The notes beneath the pieces are model-generated. The model made no database searches, was not told the DNA's origin, and saw only the letters and a program-made list of their open reading frames with translations. Of a stretch of DNA of 64,000 nucleotides, positions 31,840-41,966 are shown piece after piece. The position numbers were made by a program, and so were the translations under genes. Within the stretch, counting starts at the first letter, position 1. Each line of letters opens with the position of its first letter. This DNA comes from Armatimonadota bacterium. GTDB taxonomy: Bacteria > Armatimonadota > UBA5829 > DSUL01. The stretch covers positions 352,001 to 416,000 of the forward strand of contig JBDHZC010000002.1 of assembly GCA_039811685.1 (NCBI GenBank), read 5' to 3'.

Positions 31840-32844
31840 ATGAAACTCCTCGTCACCGGCGGAGCCGGTTTCATAGGCTCGAACTTTGTGCGGTATATGC
31901 TTCGGGCGCACCCGGACTATCATGTTCACGTCCTGGACGCTATGACGTACGCGGGCAATCTGGAGAATCTTGCTGACGCCGCATCCAACCCGAACATGTA
32001 CTTTTTCATCGGGGATATCCGCGATGAAGCGCTGGTGAACAACCTGACGCCCAATATGGACGCCATCGTGAACTTTGCAGCGGAAACATTTGTGGACCGT
32101 TCGATTCACGAGCCGGGGGACTTCATTACCACAGATGTCGTAGGCACTTTCCGGCTCCTGGAAGCGGCACGGCGATCCCGCATTGAACGCTTTGTGCATG
32201 TGTCCACAGATGAGGTGTACGGTAGCGTCGAGCAGGGGTCCAGCAAGGAAACTGACCCGATCGAGCCAAACAGCCCGTACTCCGCCAGCAAAGCCGGAGG
32301 TGACCTTCTGGCGCGCTCATACTATGTCACGTACGGTGTGCCGGTGATGATTACGCGAGCATCCAACAACTACGGACCCTATCAGCATCCGGAGAAGCTG
32401 ATTCCGTTCTTCGTAACCAACGCTATCGACGGGGAATCGCTGCCGGTCTATGGAGACGGCAAGCAGGTGCGGGACTGGCTCTACGTGGAGGATCACTGCC
32501 GGGCAATTGACACAGTGCTGCACAAGGGTGAAGCCGGCAATGTGTATAACGTCGGCGCTGGCTATGAGCGAACGAACATGGAAGTTACTCACGGTATTTT
32601 GAAGGCGCTCGGCAAAGATGACCGGCTGATTCGCTACGTGGCCGACCGCCCGGGGCATGACCGGCGCTACTCCGTGGACTGCACAAAGCTCAAGGCTCTC
32701 GGCTGGGCCCCGGAGGTTTCCTTTGAAGACGGCCTCCCACGCACCGTTGAGTGGTACGTTCAAAATGAGGACTGGTGGCGGCGCATTAAAGAGGGACAGT
32801 CTTACAAGGATTTCCAGCAAGCCTGGTATAAAGACCGGGTGTGA
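31840..32844 (+). CDS. rmlB: dTDP-glucose 4,6-dehydratase
   Basis: VTGGAGFIGSN, FAAETFVDRSI, STDEVYG, PYSASKA, NNYGPYQ and DRPGHDRRY. Confidence 0.96.
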   Translation: MKLLVTGGAGFIGSNFVRYMLRAHPDYHVHVLDAMTYAGNLENLADAASNPNMYFFIGDIRDEALVNNLTPNMDAIVNFAAETFVDRSIHEPGDFITTDVVGTFRLLEAARRSRIERFVHVSTDEVYGSVEQGSSKETDPIEPNSPYSASKAGGDLLARSYYVTYGVPVMITRASNNYGPYQHPEKLIPFFVTNAIDGESLPVYGDGKQVRDWLYVEDHCRAIDTVLHKGEAGNVYNVGAGYERTNMEVTHGILKALGKDDRLIRYVADRPGHDRRYSVDCTKLKALGWAPEVSFEDGLPRTVEWYVQNEDWWRRIKEGQSYKDFQQAWYKDRV

Positions 32845-33416
32845 CTTCGCCAAAGGCCAGATGCGCTGTTTTCCTTGACCGCGACGGCACTCTGAACGTG
32901 GAGCGCGCCAGCTATGTGCGGACTGTGGAAGAGCTGGAGATGCTGCCAGGGGCCGCGAGGGCGCTGAAGCCGCTTGCACAGCGCAAGGTTCCACTCGTGA
33001 TAATCTCCAACCAGGCTGGCGTTGGCAAAGGGCTGATGGCGGAGGCGGACCTTCAGGCCATTGAAGCGGCAGTTCGCAAAGAGCTGGCCGCAGAAGGAGT
33101 TCACCTGACGGCCGCTTACTATTGCCGCCACACGGATGAGATGGCCTGCGAGTGCCGCAAGCCAAAGCCAGGACTAATCACTGCTGCCGCGCGTGAGCTG
33201 AATATCGACGTCGATTGCTCCTTTATGGTGGGAGACAACTGGCGCGATATGGCGGCCGGGCGAGGCGCGGGCGCGCGCACTGTCTTCTTACCGACCGGAC
33301 TCCACCCGAAGGAGCAGCGTGAGCGTACAGCCGACATGGCCGACTACTTTGCCGAGGACCTGACAGATGCCGTCCGGTGGATTTGTGAGCAGATGGATCA
33401 AGATGAGAGCTCTTAA
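32841..33416 (+). CDS. gmhB: HAD-IIIA phosphatase, heptose bisphosphate phosphatase GmhB-like
   Basis: FLDRDGTLN, SNQAGVG, Zn motif YCRH...CECRKPKPG and MVGD. Confidence 0.88.
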   Translation: MTSPKARCAVFLDRDGTLNVERASYVRTVEELEMLPGAARALKPLAQRKVPLVIISNQAGVGKGLMAEADLQAIEAAVRKELAAEGVHLTAAYYCRHTDEMACECRKPKPGLITAAARELNIDVDCSFMVGDNWRDMAAGRGAGARTVFLPTGLHPKEQRERTADMADYFAEDLTDAVRWICEQMDQDESS

Positions 33417-34887
33417 GCGTTCGCTTGCCGTTCTCCTGGCCGTTGTGCCTCTCACAGCTCTGTGCCCAGCCCCCAGCCTTGCGCAGGCGAGCCGGACACC
33501 GCAGATTTCCTATGACACTGTGCCGCGCCAGTCCTGGACGTACGACGCCCTCGCGTGGCTGGCCAGGAAGGGCCGCCTGCAGCCGTACGCCGCCCGCGAC
33601 TTTCTCCTCAGCCGGCTCTTTACGCGCATCGAGATAGCCGACATCCTGAAAGAGTCGCGCCCCGGCGGCTGGGAATCTCTGGGAAGCCAGGAAAAGCACG
33701 TCCTGCTTCAGCTTGCCACTGAATACAGAGCTGAGTTGCGCTATCTTGGTGTGGATTTTGACAGTTTTATTGACGGACTCGCAGATTCACCAGACGAAAG
33801 TCTGCTCTACAACGCCTGGCTCTACGGCGACTCCGTGCGCTCCAACTCCAGGACAGTAAGCCGCGGAATCGGCAGCCTGACCGGCGTGGCGCTGGTTGGA
33901 GAGCAGATTGGCTATTCGGCGACGGTGTCTTCTGAGAGGAGGCTTTTCCACCCGGGCGCCTCAGACGTCTTTCCGGTTCTGGACCGCTTCAGTATGCGCG
34001 GGAGCGGGCGGACCTGGCGCTGGGACCTGGGGCGCACCCACAGCTGGGTCGGTCAGGCCCAGAGCGGGTCTCTGTGGCTGGGTGACTCCAGTCCCGCGCT
34101 GTTGCAGGGCAGAGCCGGGCGCGAAGTGCGGCTTCCTGTCTTCGGGCGCTGGTGGATCAACTGGGAGGTCAGCGGCTGGGGCGAGAGTGGCCAGACGTTC
34201 TACCTGATTACCAAACGCTTTGAAAAGACTCTCTCCCCGCAGTGGAGTCTCTCAGTTTTTGACATGGCCAAAACGACAGAGACACCCAATCCCGCAATGC
34301 TGGTCATTCCGGCTCAGATCTATCAGTCGCTGTTTCTCAACGAAATCGACACGAAGTGGAACACGGTGATGGGCATTGAGGGCGCGTACCACGTCGGCGG
34401 AAGGCTGAGCGCCTATGCGCAGTGGCTGGTGGATGATCTTGAGAATCCGTTCGACAGAAATCCCGGAACCCCGACCAAAACCGGTTTTCTACTCGGCGTG
34501 CGCTCGCGTTCCGGAGGCGCGCTGCGGTCCGGATTGCAGTGGCGAGCGGAGTATGCTCAGATTGACCGCCGCACCTACGAAGCGACAAGGCCAAGCGCTC
34601 CGCTTCTGTCGTGGACGCAGGATAGCCTGCCACTGGGCTGGCCGTACGGCGGCAACTCCAAGACGCTCACCCTGCATGCCGAGCGCAAAATCGCAGACAG
34701 ACTCGACATCACCGGTGAGTACGTCGATACGCGGGACAGGGACGGCAACAACGCCGCGAGAGTCTTTAGTATCGCCCCGTTCTACGACCTGCGCCCGGAC
34801 GTGAGCCTCGGCCTGATATACCAGCACGCCCGAGCCAGCGGAACAAGCACAGACTCAGTTGGAGTCCGGGCGCTGGCTTCTTTCTAG
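33403..34887 (+). CDS. Outer-membrane beta-barrel protein, Wzi-like, with N-terminal SLH-like domain
   Basis: Signal peptide, VPRQSWTYDALAWL...G...TRIEIA (SLH-like), Wzi-like segments GR.HSWVG..SGSL, YAQWLVDD, WRAEY and PLGWPYGGN, and a C-terminal Phe. Confidence 0.7.
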   Translation: MRALKRSLAVLLAVVPLTALCPAPSLAQASRTPQISYDTVPRQSWTYDALAWLARKGRLQPYAARDFLLSRLFTRIEIADILKESRPGGWESLGSQEKHVLLQLATEYRAELRYLGVDFDSFIDGLADSPDESLLYNAWLYGDSVRSNSRTVSRGIGSLTGVALVGEQIGYSATVSSERRLFHPGASDVFPVLDRFSMRGSGRTWRWDLGRTHSWVGQAQSGSLWLGDSSPALLQGRAGREVRLPVFGRWWINWEVSGWGESGQTFYLITKRFEKTLSPQWSLSVFDMAKTTETPNPAMLVIPAQIYQSLFLNEIDTKWNTVMGIEGAYHVGGRLSAYAQWLVDDLENPFDRNPGTPTKTGFLLGVRSRSGGALRSGLQWRAEYAQIDRRTYEATRPSAPLLSWTQDSLPLGWPYGGNSKTLTLHAERKIADRLDITGEYVDTRDRDGNNAARVFSIAPFYDLRPDVSLGLIYQHARASGTSTDSVGVRALASF

Positions 34888-34940
34888 AGCCGTTCTCCCG
34901 CAGCCGAAGAGACGTCTGGATTCGTCCGGATCATGTAGCT

Positions 34941-36626
34941 TCAGTGCCTGCCTGACCCGCGTGCCTGCTCGCGGCTGACAGCTCGCATGCCAGTCAGCCG
35001 AACTGACGGCTGAGACAAACCCGGCAGCTTTCCGACAGCCACGATATCCCCTGGCTGGAAGGGCAGTGGAAAGTCCGGCCTGATAGCCACACGTTGCGCC
35101 TTGCCAGTGTGAGGATTTCTGAGCGCCAGAGCGCTCGGACCCTCCACGCGCAGGACCTCCCAGCCGTCTGAAGCCTCTCCCCTGGACTTTCCACCGTAAG
35201 CCAGAAGAGCATTGAAACTGTGCACCTGCCATCCGCTACTGACGCGAATCTGTCGCGTCGCAACAGGAAAGCCGGGCCGGGCAATGTGAACAGTGTAGCG
35301 TCCGGGAAGTAGCCCCACAAAAGCGTAGAAGCCCGTGATGTCAGTGCGTGCGGTGCGGGAGGCCGGTCCAGAGAGGGTGACTTCTGCTCCGACGATGGGC
35401 GCAAGCCACGGATCACTCAGTACGAAGCCTTTGACGATGGCCTGAGCGCTGGCCTGCGGCGGCGCTGCTGCTGACCTGGCAAAAGGAGGCTCGCCCGCAC
35501 CGGACGGCTTGGCCAGCGCCCTGTAGAACTCCTCATTGTATTCCTGTGCGCGCCCTGCCTGCGTGGTATTGGTTCCTCCGTAGGAGTAAAGCAACACTCC
35601 GTCCGCTTTTTTCCCATTGTTGGAAGGCTTGCGCACGTCAGCTATCTGTTCAAAGGTCGCAGGGATTGTATTCAGCCAGATGCCGGCTCCAACAACGAGC
35701 TGACGGTTGTATTTGTGATCTTTGGCAAACTCATTCCAGTGCAGCCAGTAGTCCCGGTGAGCTTTGTTTGAGAAGTACATCATCGGACAGTTGATGTCCA
35801 GCAGCCCCTCTTCCATCCAGCCGCGCCAATCCTGATAGACTGTCCGGTAGGCGCTGGAGCGCTGCCACTGCTCGAGATCCGCCGGCCCGTCACCCCAGGT
35901 GATAGTGGCGGCGGAAACCTCTACAGACGGCCGCACGGCCTTAGCGTGAGCATAGACTTTGCGCACAAGATTTGTGACATTGTCTCTGCGCCACTGCTGG
36001 TAGGCCGGGTCATCAAAGGCGGGAGCGCCAATCCTGTTGTTCAACGCGTTGAACCACGCCAGGCTGACAGGGTTGTAGCCCCAGTGAGACCCACCGTAGC
36101 GCACAAAGTCGAAGTGAATGCCGTCCACATCGTAGTGGCGCATCACGTCCAGATAGACGCGAAATGTCCAGTCGTTGGCGCCGGGACTGCCCGGGTCAAT
36201 CTTGCGCGCTTCGTTGTCGTAGGTCTCTCCCTTGTCAGAAAGACTGATGTAGTCCGGGTGTCTGTTGAGAATGTGCCCGGGGTCTTTGTCGCCCCCAACG
36301 GCGCAGGTGTTCAGCCACGCGTGGACTTTGATAGGTTGCGGCCCCGCATGCGCGTTGTCCAGGAGATACTTCAGCGCATCCCAGTGATCAGGATTCTCGC
36401 GTGCCCAGGGATCGTACGTGCTCTTGTACTGCGCGTCGCCGCGCTTTCTCATCTGTGCCCAGACACCGTTGCAGTTAGCCTCGCGCAATCGTCGCAGGAG
36501 CGTGTCCGTCTCCTGCGCAGACCGGAATCCCGCACTGAACCCGTCCGCCCAGAACGCGCGGTATTCCTGACAACTCACGGAAGCTGGCGTCAATGCCAGC
36601 AGACAAACTATCCAAACGAAGCGCAT
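34941..36626 (-). CDS. Secreted glycoside hydrolase-like 10 (DUF187/GHL10) protein with carboxypeptidase-regulatory-like domain
   Basis: EYRAFW, QMRKRGDA, VHAWLN, YDVDGIHFDFVRY, YQDWRGW and PMMY. C-terminal beta-sandwich TD..G.Y.F..L.PGRYTV. Confidence 0.88.
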   Translation of the reverse strand: MRFVWIVCLLALTPASVSCQEYRAFWADGFSAGFRSAQETDTLLRRLREANCNGVWAQMRKRGDAQYKSTYDPWARENPDHWDALKYLLDNAHAGPQPIKVHAWLNTCAVGGDKDPGHILNRHPDYISLSDKGETYDNEARKIDPGSPGANDWTFRVYLDVMRHYDVDGIHFDFVRYGGSHWGYNPVSLAWFNALNNRIGAPAFDDPAYQQWRRDNVTNLVRKVYAHAKAVRPSVEVSAATITWGDGPADLEQWQRSSAYRTVYQDWRGWMEEGLLDINCPMMYFSNKAHRDYWLHWNEFAKDHKYNRQLVVGAGIWLNTIPATFEQIADVRKPSNNGKKADGVLLYSYGGTNTTQAGRAQEYNEEFYRALAKPSGAGEPPFARSAAAPPQASAQAIVKGFVLSDPWLAPIVGAEVTLSGPASRTARTDITGFYAFVGLLPGRYTVHIARPGFPVATRQIRVSSGWQVHSFNALLAYGGKSRGEASDGWEVLRVEGPSALALRNPHTGKAQRVAIRPDFPLPFQPGDIVAVGKLPGLSQPSVRLTGMRAVSREQARGSGRH

Positions 36627-36733
36627 TTTCTTCCCCTCCCTTTTGGCAGCGCCCAGCCGACAACCCGTGCTGCCTTGAGGTATGATTCGGCCAGAGTATT
36701 ACTGAATCCCTTCTACCTTCTGGAGCGCCAACC

Positions 36734-37633
36734 GTGTACGACGTTATCTGTTACGGCACACTCTGTCAGGATTACATCATGCGTATCGCCAGATATCCGC
36801 CAGAAGGCTCCTCGCAGTGGATTGAAGAGGACCGCGTGACGCTGGGAGGCGAGGCGGGCAACTCTGCGCGGGCTTTCAGCGCCTGGGGACTGGAAACACT
36901 TCTGATCGGAACGGTTCTGGGCAGGGATGAACGCGCGCAGTGGCTGCTGGATGAACTTGCGAACCTGCCCCACGTTGACTGCAGTTGGTTGATAGCCGCA
37001 CCGGACGCCAACACTCCTTACTGCAACATTCTGGCAACGCCGAACGGGGAGCGCACCATGTTCGGCCGCCACTTCGCGGGCATGCGTGGACAGACCGTAG
37101 CAGAGCTGCCTCACGCCAGAGTGTTCACGCTTGATCCCTATTGTGGTGACAGCGCTTTTCAGGCGGCCCAGACAGCACACGCTGCCGGAATCCCCATCGT
37201 CGCTATGGACACGCTGAATCCGGAGAAGATCGCTGGAATTGCCGATATTATCGTGACCAGCCATCAGGAGATTGGCGCCGGGCATTCCGTTGATGAGCTA
37301 TTCCAAACAGCTGCAGAAACCGCCAGAAGATCAGGAGCAACCTTTGTCCTGACGCTCGGGCCTGACGGATCAGTAGCCTTTGACAGCAATGGAGACATCC
37401 TGCACCGGCAGGCCGCCATTTCCGTGTCCGCCATTGTCGATGCGACCGGATGCGGAGATATCTACCGCGCCGGCCTGGTGTGCGGTGTAGCGCAGGGGTG
37501 GCCCCTGGCAGAGTCCATGGCCTTCGCCTCCGCTGCGGCGTCCCTGAACCTGATGGGAATGGGCGGCGGCGGCCACGTCCTGTCGCTGGACGAGACCCGG
37601 AAAATCGCCGCCAGAGGGTCTCTTGAGGCGTGA
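36734..37633 (+). CDS. PfkB family carbohydrate kinase
   Basis: GGEAGNSA, GERT, LTLGPDGS and DATGCGDIYRAG. Confidence 0.92.
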   Translation: MYDVICYGTLCQDYIMRIARYPPEGSSQWIEEDRVTLGGEAGNSARAFSAWGLETLLIGTVLGRDERAQWLLDELANLPHVDCSWLIAAPDANTPYCNILATPNGERTMFGRHFAGMRGQTVAELPHARVFTLDPYCGDSAFQAAQTAHAAGIPIVAMDTLNPEKIAGIADIIVTSHQEIGAGHSVDELFQTAAETARRSGATFVLTLGPDGSVAFDSNGDILHRQAAISVSAIVDATGCGDIYRAGLVCGVAQGWPLAESMAFASAAASLNLMGMGGGGHVLSLDETRKIAARGSLEA

Positions 37634-37696
37634 CAGCAATGCGAATACAGGCGAAGAAAGGGAGTGCAACAGGACTCGAGACACATCAACGACACT

Positions 37697-38290
37697 CTAG
37701 GGCAGACTGAAACCGATTCCCATCTTTTTCAGATAAGCCTGCGTGATCAGCCCGAGAATCATCACAACCCACAGCGCCTGATGCGTCAGCTCGCAGTTTT
37801 CAATGAGTTGCCGAACCGAAAAATGACTGTGCAGCGCGGCAGGTGACCAGCGGGAGGGAATGAAGCGGGCGACATTCTGGCAATAGTCCCGAAAGCTCTG
37901 CCCGTGCTCCTGCGCAAGCAGCCTCTCTTCCCATGCAACCTGCACCCAGTAGCACACTACAAATGTCACCACGAAGAAAGCAAGCAGTGCCGCGCTGTGC
38001 ACAAACAACGCCAGTCCCACACCGCCCAGAAAGCTCCCAACGTACAAAGGGTTGCGTGAGAGAGCATAGGGTCCATCGGTGCTCAATTCAGCGATCTTGA
38101 CAAGTGATCCAGCGGCCCAGATGCGAATGGCGCTGCCCAGCACAATCAGCGACAGCGCCCACCAGCGGGGCTCACCACGGTTGACGAAGAACGCCCCTAT
38201 CATCACCAGATAACCCAGCACAAGGCGAAGGCGGGCGATGCGCGGAGGTTTCCTGGGCACACGGTCTGCGCGTTCAGGGGCCGGTGGCAC
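37697..38290 (-). CDS. Isoprenylcysteine carboxylmethyltransferase/PEMT family membrane methyltransferase
   Basis: IRIWA, GPYALSRNPLYVG, and EERLL...G..F..Y...V.RFIP. Confidence 0.88.
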   Translation of the reverse strand: MPPAPERADRVPRKPPRIARLRLVLGYLVMIGAFFVNRGEPRWWALSLIVLGSAIRIWAAGSLVKIAELSTDGPYALSRNPLYVGSFLGGVGLALFVHSAALLAFFVVTFVVCYWVQVAWEERLLAQEHGQSFRDYCQNVARFIPSRWSPAALHSHFSVRQLIENCELTHQALWVVMILGLITQAYLKKMGIGFSLP

Positions 38291-38325
38291 AGACGCTCTC
38301 AGAATCGGCTCAATGTTTGTCGCGG

Positions 38326-39165
38326 CTATTCTGGCTTCCCATCCGGCTGATCCAGAACTGCACTGTCAATGCCACGGTCCTTGAGCTGCTGAGAAAGCCT
38401 GTCCGCATTCTCCCGATTGCGAAACAGCCCAGCCTGAACGCGGTACAGTTCGCGCCCGTTTACGGTGGTTTTGCGCACGTAAGCCATCTGACCCGCGGAT
38501 TTCAAGTCTTCCGCCGCCTTCTGAGCCCGCTCGGCATCAGAGTAGGTGCCAAGCTGAACGCGGTACAGGACGCTTTTCGACTGCGTAGCCGAAGGCTGTG
38601 CACCGGCGGACTGTGCAGGGCTGGCGCTGTGCGCTGCCTTCTGCGGTTCACCTTCCTTTTCGGCCCTCTTCGCTACGGTGGAGGACTCTGGCGACTGCGG
38701 GCCTGATGCCGTATCTTTAGAAGCAGCGCCACTCTTCTCTGCGCCCTGAGCTGTTTTTTCACCTGTGGTGGCAGAAGATCGGGAAGTTCGGCTGGCGCTC
38801 GTTGTGGACGAGCTTTCAGCCACCGACGGACGCATCGCAGAGGAAGTGCTATCTGGACTGCGAGAGACAGATGACTCCTGCGATGTTCTGTCCACGGCAG
38901 TTGGCGTCGCCAGCGAGGATTTGCGCCCGTCGCGTTCACTTATCCGCACGTGCACACCGTCCTCCTCGCGGGCAGCAGAGCCAGAAGAAGATTCGGACGG
39001 CGCAGATGCCAGATTATCTGATCTCATTCCGGCGAACTTCGGACCGACGAAGTAAAACCCTATAGCAGAGCTTGCCGCGAAAACCGCAACCAGCCCAACC
39101 AGTAACCCCAATACTCTTCCGCTTTGACCTCGATGAAAGCTGCGCAAAATGTTCAACCCGGACAT
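38326..39165 (-). CDS. Membrane-anchored SPOR domain protein
   Basis: TM anchor, Ser/Thr/Ala-rich linker, and SPOR motif YRVQLGTY...YRVQAGLF. Start placed behind a GAGGAGG RBS. Confidence 0.88.
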   Translation of the reverse strand: MSGLNILRSFHRGQSGRVLGLLVGLVAVFAASSAIGFYFVGPKFAGMRSDNLASAPSESSSGSAAREEDGVHVRISERDGRKSSLATPTAVDRTSQESSVSRSPDSTSSAMRPSVAESSSTTSASRTSRSSATTGEKTAQGAEKSGAASKDTASGPQSPESSTVAKRAEKEGEPQKAAHSASPAQSAGAQPSATQSKSVLYRVQLGTYSDAERAQKAAEDLKSAGQMAYVRKTTVNGRELYRVQAGLFRNRENADRLSQQLKDRGIDSAVLDQPDGKPE

Positions 39166-39330
39166 AGCCTCCTCCTCACACGCTCGACTCAGCAGGCCCG
39201 GCACAGTATAGCAGTACGAACCCCTGCGCTTCCAGAATTTCATCCTGGCAGGACGACATAGCCAGGTCAGGACGTGTGGGCCTTTTCCCTATTGGACTGC
39301 ATCACTTCAGGCGCAGTTTTCCCCGTACAG

Positions 39331-39364
39331 CAACAGGGCCTCCGGGGGATAGGAGGCCCTGTTG
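39331..39364 (-). terminator. Terminator-like hairpin after the large secreted protein
   Basis: 13-bp perfect stem, CAACAGGGCCTCC/GGAGGCCCTGTTG. Confidence 0.7.
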
Positions 39365-39392
39365 TGGGAAGGAGAACGTTCGCAGATAAGTC

Positions 39393-41966
39393 TTACGGGT
39401 CCTGATCGATGTCGTTGTCGTTTGCGACCCGGATCACGCGCTTGCCATCCTCGCAACCGAGAATACCGCGCACTGTGACCCAGATGTAGGGCGACACGAC
39501 ATTGTTGCTCGAGCCTGTATAGACCTTGATCAGGCCGTTACCACTCGGATCAGAATGATCGTCAATGTAGAAGTAGTCCGGAGAGATCTCACCGGTGTTA
39601 ATTACTTCACCCCACGTCGCAATATAAGCGCCCAGCAGGGACGGATAGTCCGACTTGAGATCGCGGTAGTTCGCCCACACCGGCGGCAGATACGGCATGC
39701 CGCGGCGCAGTACCTGCGGATTCAGAGCGTAAATGATCTTCTCGCAGGTGCCGGCTTCGACCGCAATCTTGCCCCTGACAAGAACGACGTCGCCGGGTTT
39801 CAAGCTCTGGCTGGCGCCCTTGTCATACAGACAGCGCACACCACCCGCGCGTCCCGGCCCCTGAATGTGGAACCACGTATCTCCGACTGCATCCACAATC
39901 GCTTCCGGCAGAGCGATCCATGTGCCCTCGGGGGCGCTGTTGACCTCTCCAACGGAAGAAAGCTGCGTTACGGAGCCGCTTTCAGGCAGCAGGCCGATTT
40001 CGACGTCATCCCACTGCGCGGTTTCCTGACTCACAGCCAGTCCACCTATTTCGATGCGGTTCAGAGGAACCAGTCCGCCCGCTGTATAGCGCGACGCCGT
40101 TGCAATCACATTGCCGTCCAAGAGGAACTGGAACTTCTTGTCCTTGCCAGGATCCGGATTATCACCGTAAACACGGACTTCATAGCTGTGCCATCCAGTG
40201 AAGTTGGGTCCTCGCCAGATGCCAGTGTCAGTCCACGGATTCGTCAGAAAGTCGTTCGGGACGCCACCAGTCTCCTTGACCAGATATTTCCAGTTGTTAG
40301 AATCCTTGCACTGAGCGTTGGGATTGCCGTTGTCACACACGGCAGAGCCAGAATAGCGGTGCCAGATGCCGAACTTGGCAAAATCATCGTGATTTGCATT
40401 GTCCACGAACATCTGCACGGCGCGATACTGCGGCGCCACTGCGCCACGAATCTCGTAAGCGTCACCAGGCTTCACACCAGCAGCCACAGGGTTCTGCGTG
40501 TTAGGCGCATAAGGCGTAACCTGGAAACGATGGTTGTAATCCCAGTCACAGAAGCCGTCCGGGATGTTGCCGTAAGGCGGTCCACCACACGTATAGTACT
40601 CCGGCACCTGAATCAGCCACTGCTTGCCTGCGGCGTCACCAGACAGCATCGTAAGCACGAACGTCGGGAGGCTGGAGTTGCCACGCAGATCAGAGAAATA
40701 CGTGTTGGCATCGGAGATACTGGGTTTGGTCAACCGGCAAGCCGGCCATCCGGGATAGTTGATAGTCTTGCCGCCGTCGTCTGCGTCAGTGAGAGTGCCG
40801 CTGTAAACAACGGTATCGGTCCAATCCTGATAGAAGTAAGGCGGGCCACTGGGAAGAGCACAGGTGCATGGAGTGACTCCCGGGTTAATCATGCGCTCAC
40901 TCTCGCGCCCGAAGTTCACCCAGGCTTTGACGTAGAAGTTGTCAGCCGGATCTGCGCCCAACGGATAGCCGATTTCATGCATAGCCGACCACTGAGAGAA
41001 TGTCTCAGCCTGATTGGCCGATTTGTTGCCCGTCCGGCCAAAGTTGGCCATGTTCATCGGGTCGTTAGAGTTCTGCGCCCAGGGATACGCCGGCGGCTTC
41101 TGCCACTCAGTCCCCATAAAGCTCAACCTCGCCAGCGACGTACGCAGACTGCCACCTGTTCCGCCACCACCCTGAAGAGTAATTGTCGGAACAGACGTGT
41201 ACTGTCCTGCCGAAATCAACTGTACATTAGCAAGGTGACCGTTGATTACGGATACAGTCGCCTTGGCGCCGGAGCCTCCGCCACCTGAGAAGATCACATC
41301 AGGGGCCGAAGTGTAGCCAGATCCAACACTGTCGATGGATATGCCGGCCAGTGCGACAGGCTGCAACTCCGCGACAGCCGTCGCGCCGCTACCGCCGCCA
41401 CCCGTAATCTCTACAGTTGGTACAGACGTGTAACCATCTCCAGGCGCGATGAGATCAATGGAAGTCACCTTGCCACCCGAGATGTTGGCCTGAGCCAAAG
41501 CCGGGCTTCCACCAGGTGAAAAAACGACCTGCGGCTGTGAGGTATAGCCACAGCCGGTGCCATTGCTGCCTTCAATCCGCACACCACTGATACTGTCTTT
41601 GTTCAGCTCGATGATGCCAGAGGCGCCATGACCGCCACCACCGACAAACTGCACTTTCCCAGGAGATCCGTAGCCACTGCCACCGTTAATCATATGCACA
41701 GCAGTGATCTTTCCATTAGTTATGGTAACGGATGCGTTTGCGCCAGAGCCTCGACCACCGACCACAGTGACCGTCGGCGGGCTGGTGTAGCCCGAGCCGG
41801 GATTTGTGACGTTGATGCGGGCGACAAAGACCGGCGCACCGTATTCCTCGAAGCTGGTGAAATACAGCGGAACAGCGGAAACGGGAGGCGCCGGAGCTGC
41901 AACCCAACAGGTCGCGGCGGCCAGCAGCACGGCCGAGAGCTTCTTAATCGACTCGGGCGTTGCCAT
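39393..41966 (-). CDS. Large secreted protein: GSGY repeats, ConA/LamG-like region and C-terminal OB-fold-like domains
   Basis: AGGAGG RBS, signal peptide, about 6 G(S)GYTS.P.V...GGGG.GA repeats, WH...V...F.LDG...I.IG...WDD, and a C-terminal paired beta domain. Confidence 0.8.
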   Translation of the reverse strand: MATPESIKKLSAVLLAAATCWVAAPAPPVSAVPLYFTSFEEYGAPVFVARINVTNPGSGYTSPPTVTVVGGRGSGANASVTITNGKITAVHMINGGSGYGSPGKVQFVGGGGHGASGIIELNKDSISGVRIEGSNGTGCGYTSQPQVVFSPGGSPALAQANISGGKVTSIDLIAPGDGYTSVPTVEITGGGGSGATAVAELQPVALAGISIDSVGSGYTSAPDVIFSGGGGSGAKATVSVINGHLANVQLISAGQYTSVPTITLQGGGGTGGSLRTSLARLSFMGTEWQKPPAYPWAQNSNDPMNMANFGRTGNKSANQAETFSQWSAMHEIGYPLGADPADNFYVKAWVNFGRESERMINPGVTPCTCALPSGPPYFYQDWTDTVVYSGTLTDADDGGKTINYPGWPACRLTKPSISDANTYFSDLRGNSSLPTFVLTMLSGDAAGKQWLIQVPEYYTCGGPPYGNIPDGFCDWDYNHRFQVTPYAPNTQNPVAAGVKPGDAYEIRGAVAPQYRAVQMFVDNANHDDFAKFGIWHRYSGSAVCDNGNPNAQCKDSNNWKYLVKETGGVPNDFLTNPWTDTGIWRGPNFTGWHSYEVRVYGDNPDPGKDKKFQFLLDGNVIATASRYTAGGLVPLNRIEIGGLAVSQETAQWDDVEIGLLPESGSVTQLSSVGEVNSAPEGTWIALPEAIVDAVGDTWFHIQGPGRAGGVRCLYDKGASQSLKPGDVVLVRGKIAVEAGTCEKIIYALNPQVLRRGMPYLPPVWANYRDLKSDYPSLLGAYIATWGEVINTGEISPDYFYIDDHSDPSGNGLIKVYTGSSNNVVSPYIWVTVRGILGCEDGKRVIRVANDNDIDQDP

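Noticed and set aside
39555..41288. 577-aa + strand ORF
   Set aside because: It is the antisense shadow of the 857-aa secreted protein, with no motifs.
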